Positions 59,445 through 64,000 of a stretch of 64,000 nucleotides of DNA are shown in pieces. The stretch spans positions 6,908 through 70,907 of IMG/VR virus record IMGVR_UViG_3300046171_000284. One strand, written 5' to 3'. The stretch's first letter is position 1; each line of letters starts with the position of its first letter. This DNA comes from a virus. The position numbers and the translations under genes were made by a program. Under the pieces are notes generated by a model. The model worked only from the letters and a program-made list of their open reading frames with translations, searched no databases and was not told the DNA's origin.

Positions 59445-59538
59445 AGACTACTATCACACTCTTTCAAAAAAGGGGAAAGCCTTGTTTATGCTAGGTGCGG
59501 TCGTAGTTGGGTACATAATCCTAGAAACAATATCATGA
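59422..59538 (+). CDS. 38-aa single-TM peptide
   Basis: Translated by hand: MKNIKILKDYYHTLSKKGKALFMLGAVVVGYIILETIS. Confidence 0.5.
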   Translation: MKNIKILKDYYHTLSKKGKALFMLGAVVVGYIILETIS

Positions 59539-59690
59539 ACGACACTACGCCAATAATTGGAATGATTGGGACAGGACTGTCTTTTACCCTTGGGCAATGG
59601 AACGACTTAGTAGGGCTAATAGCAGGTGTTTTAACATGCGGTTATATGTTATGGAAACTTTATAGATTTTATAAAAATGAAAAAGGATAA
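59535..59690 (+). CDS. holin-like membrane peptide
   Basis: 51 aa, two hydrophobic segments and a basic C-terminus. Confidence 0.5.
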   Translation: MNDTTPIIGMIGTGLSFTLGQWNDLVGLIAGVLTCGYMLWKLYRFYKNEKG

Positions 59691-59802
59691 TAAAAAATTC
59701 TCACCTTGCAAAGGTTGTAAAGACAAAGCTAAGTGTTCTAAAGCAGGTAAATGCCTGTCTCCTAAGAAAAAAGGAATTTACGGATACGGAACCGCATATT
59801 AA
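59677..59802 (+). CDS. small Cys/Lys-rich protein
   Basis: PCKGCKDKAKCSKAGKC. Confidence 0.5.
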   Translation: MKKDNKKFSPCKGCKDKAKCSKAGKCLSPKKKGIYGYGTAY

Positions 59803-59846
59803 TACAACCGCTTTTTTCTTCCGTATATCATTAGTATAGTACGGGG
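59803..59846 (+). promoter_or_regulatory. putative late promoter TACAACCG-N24-TATAGT-N6-ATG
   Basis: Shared geometry. Confidence 0.65.
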
Positions 59847-60890
59847 ATGGAAGAAACAACTGAGGTGGTTGAATCCCCTCAAACAGATAATATTTCGGAT
59901 GTGTCTACCGACGACCTTCGAAATGCATTGGGAACCGTAGTCGAAGACAGCAATGTCCAAGACTCCGAGATTGCGGAGACTGAAGAGCAAACCGCTACTG
60001 AGCCGACAGGCGAAGTTAGTGAAGAGCCCGAAGGAACCGAAATTCAAGAGCTAGGTGCTGAAGAGACCGAAGAGGATCGCTTAGCTAAGAGACGAGTCCG
60101 TCCTAGAAATCAGATGGATCAGCAAGTCATTGACTTGTACAGATCATCGGGTTTTGAGGGCAGTTTTGCAGATGCGTCAAGTATTATATACGGGACAAAT
60201 GTGCAGAATGCTCAACCCGAACCTGCTACTCAACAGAGTGAGCCGGAGGTGCAAGCCCCGACTTATGAAGACAAGATAGGAGGAATTAAGGGAGAGGTAG
60301 CCGAGTTAGAGACAAAAATAAATGAAGCTAACGAGGAATTGGACACGACCTTAGCATTGAAACTCCAAAGAGATGTTTTCCGAAAAGAATTGGAAATCAG
60401 CAAATTGGAGAATCAACAACAGCGTGAATTAGAGAATCAACAGTATCAAGCAGAAGAATCCCAACGGCAAAAGGCGTTGGAGAGTCGAGGAAGAGCAGTT
60501 GAAATGTATCCTGATTTGGACGACAATAATTCTGTTTACCGCAAGGAATTTGATCATTTTTTATCTCAGTCCGAGCAAAACCCCGACTACGCAGTTATCT
60601 TTTCGTCACCACGATGGTGTGAAATAATGGCAAATGAATTTGCTATTATTAAAGGCGTTAGTGCGAATACTCAAAAACAGGCTCAACCGCAAGCTCAGCC
60701 ACAAGCTCAGCAACAACAGGTTCAGCCTCAGATGGGTAATCAAGCTAAGGTGTTGACGACAGGACAAACGGCACAACCTGTAAACACTCCAACTACTGCA
60801 AATGGACTGATTCAGGATCTTCCGAACATGAGTAATAGTGATATTTATTCCTTACTAGGGAGTTCAGGGGGCAGACAACCATTACAGTAA
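59847..60890 (+). CDS. capsid scaffolding protein
   Basis: Acidic, coiled-coil, immediately upstream of the major capsid gene. Confidence 0.7.
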   Translation: MEETTEVVESPQTDNISDVSTDDLRNALGTVVEDSNVQDSEIAETEEQTATEPTGEVSEEPEGTEIQELGAEETEEDRLAKRRVRPRNQMDQQVIDLYRSSGFEGSFADASSIIYGTNVQNAQPEPATQQSEPEVQAPTYEDKIGGIKGEVAELETKINEANEELDTTLALKLQRDVFRKELEISKLENQQQRELENQQYQAEESQRQKALESRGRAVEMYPDLDDNNSVYRKEFDHFLSQSEQNPDYAVIFSSPRWCEIMANEFAIIKGVSANTQKQAQPQAQPQAQQQQVQPQMGNQAKVLTTGQTAQPVNTPTTANGLIQDLPNMSNSDIYSLLGSSGGRQPLQ

Positions 60891-60925
60891 TTGGGGATTC
60901 AATAAACTCATAAATTATTCTTAAA

Positions 60926-62479
60926 ATGGCTACTAAAAACTTCGGGAGTATATCGACCCCACATAACCCTATCGCATCGGATTCGAACACAAACATCGAT
61001 ATCCGTACCAATACAACCTCATACGCTGATTTACTTAAAGGTGATGCTAGTTCCGATTTGCGTTCAAGACTTTGGTCTGAACTCGTAACTCGTGATGCTA
61101 GAGAGAAAAACATCTTCTCAAAATTCATCGGTGGTGAAGGAAGTGGAAAACCAATTACTGAAAAGCGTGACCTCTCAGCAGGTGGATCTGACAAGGTGAC
61201 TTTCACCAATGTTGCTCCAATTCGTGGACAGGGTGTTCGTGGAGAAGAAATTCTCAAAAACACTACTGATACGCTCGACTTCAATACTTTCTCAATCGAG
61301 ATTGATCTTGTTCGTCACGCTGTTGCATGGACACAGGTTCTTAAACTCATGAGATTCACAGGTAAGACAATCGATCAGCTTTCTGCTGAGGTGATGTCTG
61401 AATGGATGAGCCGTACTGAGCAAGACCAACTTCAATACGCACTTCGTCAGATTTGCTTGAAGAACAGTGTTGGATCTAACTTCATCAGCGGGTACGGAAC
61501 TGCTTCAGGAGCGAATTCAGGTGAACTTAAATATGTTGACGGTTTATCAACCGACATCATTCAGGAAGCCAAACAAGCTCTTATCGGAAACGGTGCTGAG
61601 CCAATGAACACAGGTGGAGATGAAAATCAGGAAATTCCCGGTTATTTATTCTTTGCTCCTGATGCTTGCTTACGCCCACTGCGTTCTGACCCTGACTACT
61701 TGGAAGCAATAACACAAGCTGACGCTCGTGGTGCTGACAACAAGTTGTTCAATGGTTCCTATGCAAAATGGGATAACAACATCATTGCTAATCACAATGT
61801 GTTAATTGACACCGCTCGTGGTCGTCAAGGTTCTCCTCTTCTTCCTACATTCTACGCCTATGAAGCAATTGCCGGTTTAGGGTCAGGGTCAGGGGCAAAT
61901 AAAGTAAAGCTTGGCGGAACTGACGGAGATTACATGGCGAACTTCCGCGGTGCTAAGATCAACATCCCCGGTGGTGGTGGAGTTGCATTAGGAGATAATG
62001 ACAACGGTACATACCATATCCTTGGAATTGATACTGATGGATCAGTTGCATTGTACAGTTACACTAATGCTAGCTTTTCAGGAACAGGTCTTGGTCAACA
62101 AGGTGAAATCGAAGTGACTCGCGTTGGTATCGCTCAAGACGGACTTAAATCAGGCGACATGAATGTTAAAGCTGATAATGACAACGACTTCAATGCCGGA
62201 GCAGTGTTCGTTCAAGCTAACAAAATTGGAACTCCAATTGGGTACGCATTAGCGATGGGTAAGGATGCGATGTACTTCGCAAAAGGAAAAATCTATGGTG
62301 AACAAATCTTTCATTATGATGACTTTTCCAACTCAGGAAACGATGCTCACTTGAGTGCAGTCGGTGTTCAGTCCGTTTACGGAATGGGTGCTCGTCATGA
62401 CTCAAGAGGTCGTGTACCTGCGGTTCAGCTCATCGAAGTTGTTCGTCAGGTTCCCGGCTTGACCTTGGTCAATGACTGA
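60926..62479 (+). CDS. major capsid protein (N4-gp56/DUF4043-like)
   Basis: DLSAGGSDKVTF, GVRGEEIL, IDLVRHAV, LRSDPDY; strongly biased codon usage; followed by a terminator. Confidence 0.8.
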   Translation: MATKNFGSISTPHNPIASDSNTNIDIRTNTTSYADLLKGDASSDLRSRLWSELVTRDAREKNIFSKFIGGEGSGKPITEKRDLSAGGSDKVTFTNVAPIRGQGVRGEEILKNTTDTLDFNTFSIEIDLVRHAVAWTQVLKLMRFTGKTIDQLSAEVMSEWMSRTEQDQLQYALRQICLKNSVGSNFISGYGTASGANSGELKYVDGLSTDIIQEAKQALIGNGAEPMNTGGDENQEIPGYLFFAPDACLRPLRSDPDYLEAITQADARGADNKLFNGSYAKWDNNIIANHNVLIDTARGRQGSPLLPTFYAYEAIAGLGSGSGANKVKLGGTDGDYMANFRGAKINIPGGGGVALGDNDNGTYHILGIDTDGSVALYSYTNASFSGTGLGQQGEIEVTRVGIAQDGLKSGDMNVKADNDNDFNAGAVFVQANKIGTPIGYALAMGKDAMYFAKGKIYGEQIFHYDDFSNSGNDAHLSAVGVQSVYGMGARHDSRGRVPAVQLIEVVRQVPGLTLVND

Positions 62480-62514
62480 TGTCAATCCTTCGGTTTAATT
62501 ATTAATCTTAACAT

Positions 62515-62547
62515 GCCTTCCTCCGCTCCGCGGGGGAAGGCTTTTTT
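62515..62547 (+). terminator. intrinsic terminator after the capsid gene
   Basis: GCCTTCCTCCGC / GCGGGGGAAGGC plus T6. Confidence 0.85.
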
Positions 62548-62554
62548 ACAACTT

Positions 62555-62881
62555 ATGAAAATAATACTACTAGGTAAAAGCAATCAAATGGGCTCAACGC
62601 CCAATATTCGGGTAAAAGGTATGTCTCAAAATAGATATAATTTTATATGGGATAAAGAAATCAGGCATTTTGCATACGAGCCAAAAGATCAGAAAGAGGT
62701 AGACGACATTTTCCGAACTCAAGGCAAGATATACCGAACTATGTATTTTTCAGTATGGTTGGACGCTAAAGAAGAAGAAGAAGAGCCGGACAACCATTTT
62801 GTAAAAGAAAAACCCCGTAAAAAGGCAAAAAAGGAATCAAATACCGATTTACAAGGGGTAGATGAATTAGTTACCGCATAG
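62555..62881 (+). CDS. hypothetical protein
   Basis: ATG 62555 preferred because the listed start at 62513 overlaps the terminator hairpin. Confidence 0.6.
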   Translation: MKIILLGKSNQMGSTPNIRVKGMSQNRYNFIWDKEIRHFAYEPKDQKEVDDIFRTQGKIYRTMYFSVWLDAKEEEEEPDNHFVKEKPRKKAKKESNTDLQGVDELVTA

Positions 62882-62893
62882 TAGTGTTAGTAC
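62850..62893 (+). promoter_or_regulatory. putative late promoter TACAAGGG-N24-TAGTGT-N6-ATG
   Basis: Shared geometry. Confidence 0.55.
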
Positions 62894-63643
62894 ATGGCTA
62901 TCAACTTTCTGTCTTTAAAAGATCAGCTATCCACAATGTTGGGTGCTGATTCTTGTGATGATTTACCACCTATTGACCAAGCACGGATCGGAATTTACAT
63001 AAACCAAGCGTATCGGGAGTGCTACACTCCGATGGACGGTTCCCGACCAATGTGGGCTCAAAAAGGGTACACATTGAACTATGTAAAAGATCAGGCGGGT
63101 GCTGATATGTCTACAGAAGTCATTTCTGTCGACATGATTCCTGAACTTGTCAATGAGGGACCCCTTTCGCCCATGACGGGACCTGAAGCGGAGATACGGG
63201 CAAAAAGTTTATTTGCATGGGATTTTAGAGCCCCATCGGGTAGAGGGCTGAATTTTCCACACTACAAAGACAACGAACCTGAAAAGGGGAGACCGATTTG
63301 GTACTATGTGGACAACCGAAATATGGGTGAGGATAACAAGGTTATCCCCCGACTATATCTTTACCCCGTTCCCGACAAGGAATACAGCGTTGAGGTGTAT
63401 GCCAACATATTGCCGACCGAGCTATCTGAGGACACTGATGAACCAAGATTACCGGGCGATTTAGTTTGGGACATCCTATTTCCAATTGCGCAGGGCAAAA
63501 TTCTTTCAGACCCAAGATACAACGGAGATAATAAAGAATTAATTGAGAGAGGTTCAAAAGAGGCGAAGAAAAGACTGAGAAATCTTATCACTCCTCAAAG
63601 ACACAAAGGGTCGCTTAGACTTGTAAAAAGACCGGGTTGGTAA
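62894..63643 (+). CDS. head-tail adaptor / tail tubular A-like protein
   Basis: YINQAYRE...GRPIWYY...LYLYPVPDKEY...ELSEDTDEP. Confidence 0.7.
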   Translation: MAINFLSLKDQLSTMLGADSCDDLPPIDQARIGIYINQAYRECYTPMDGSRPMWAQKGYTLNYVKDQAGADMSTEVISVDMIPELVNEGPLSPMTGPEAEIRAKSLFAWDFRAPSGRGLNFPHYKDNEPEKGRPIWYYVDNRNMGEDNKVIPRLYLYPVPDKEYSVEVYANILPTELSEDTDEPRLPGDLVWDILFPIAQGKILSDPRYNGDNKELIERGSKEAKKRLRNLITPQRHKGSLRLVKRPGW

Positions 63644-64000
63644 TGGCTAAGGACTTATCAATTCGCCTAGTCGGTCGTCCTAAGATCACTAAGGACAGTA
63701 ATTTAGGCTTTAATCGGCTAAACCGTAAGTATGTCGTACTTGCACCTCGTGCATCAAAAGAAGGAATTGAGGACAGCAGAAACCCTCTTTTCTTAGAAGT
63801 GGGTACTCCTGATGAAGAATTTGAAAAGTACTACCTCGTAAATCAGTCGTTAGAACCTTCCACATCGGTGGATAAGGCGGGTTTAGTCAGGGACTATGTC
63901 GATATTCGCGATACATTTAGTACGGAAGGCATATCAGAAAGCGGTGATCTTAAAAAGATGCAGAGAAAGTACACCGTTTTACGGGCAAACCACGAAAAGG
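63643..64000 (+). CDS. 3'-truncated virion protein
   Basis: ATG overlaps the previous stop; frame MAKDLSIRLVGRP... runs off the window. Confidence 0.55.
   Translation, partial: MAKDLSIRLVGRPKITKDSNLGFNRLNRKYVVLAPRASKEGIEDSRNPLFLEVGTPDEEFEKYYLVNQSLEPSTSVDKAGLVRDYVDIRDTFSTEGISESGDLKKMQRKYTVLRANHEK

Noticed and set aside
60883-60925. Late promoter copy before the capsid gene
   Set aside because: TACAGTAA-N25-TATTCT-N4-ATG deviates in both sequence and spacing; not counted.

Overview
The whole window is a continuous piece of a temperate dsDNA tailed-phage genome, probably podovirus-like; no host genes are visible and the host is not identifiable from sequence alone. Layout: virion genes (1-4976); tyrosine integrase with an attP made of a tRNA-Leu 5' half (4973-6350); minus-strand replication block with primase-helicase, PolA, SSB-like protein, Cas4-like nuclease, SF2 helicase, dNMP kinase, sigma-region-4 protein and RuvC-like resolvase (6913-17341); divergent repressor-like pair and an iteron origin (17153-18140); an A-rich accessory block (19.0-26.9 kb); and a late block with terminase, a 5551-aa polyvalent protein, portal, fibre proteins, lysis peptides, scaffold, major capsid and adaptor (27285-64000). 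The most notable items are a phage-encoded ubiquitin-like conjugation cassette (Ubl-E2-E1-JAB), a ~400-nt densely structured non-coding element upstream of it, a DLSAPG motif punctuating the giant protein at domain boundaries, a fixed-geometry late promoter implying leaderless mRNAs, and a long inverted repeat before the terminase genes. Frameshifts in the integrase, PolA and 11-12 kb genes look like assembly indels. All calls come from motif reading by eye; no searches were run.
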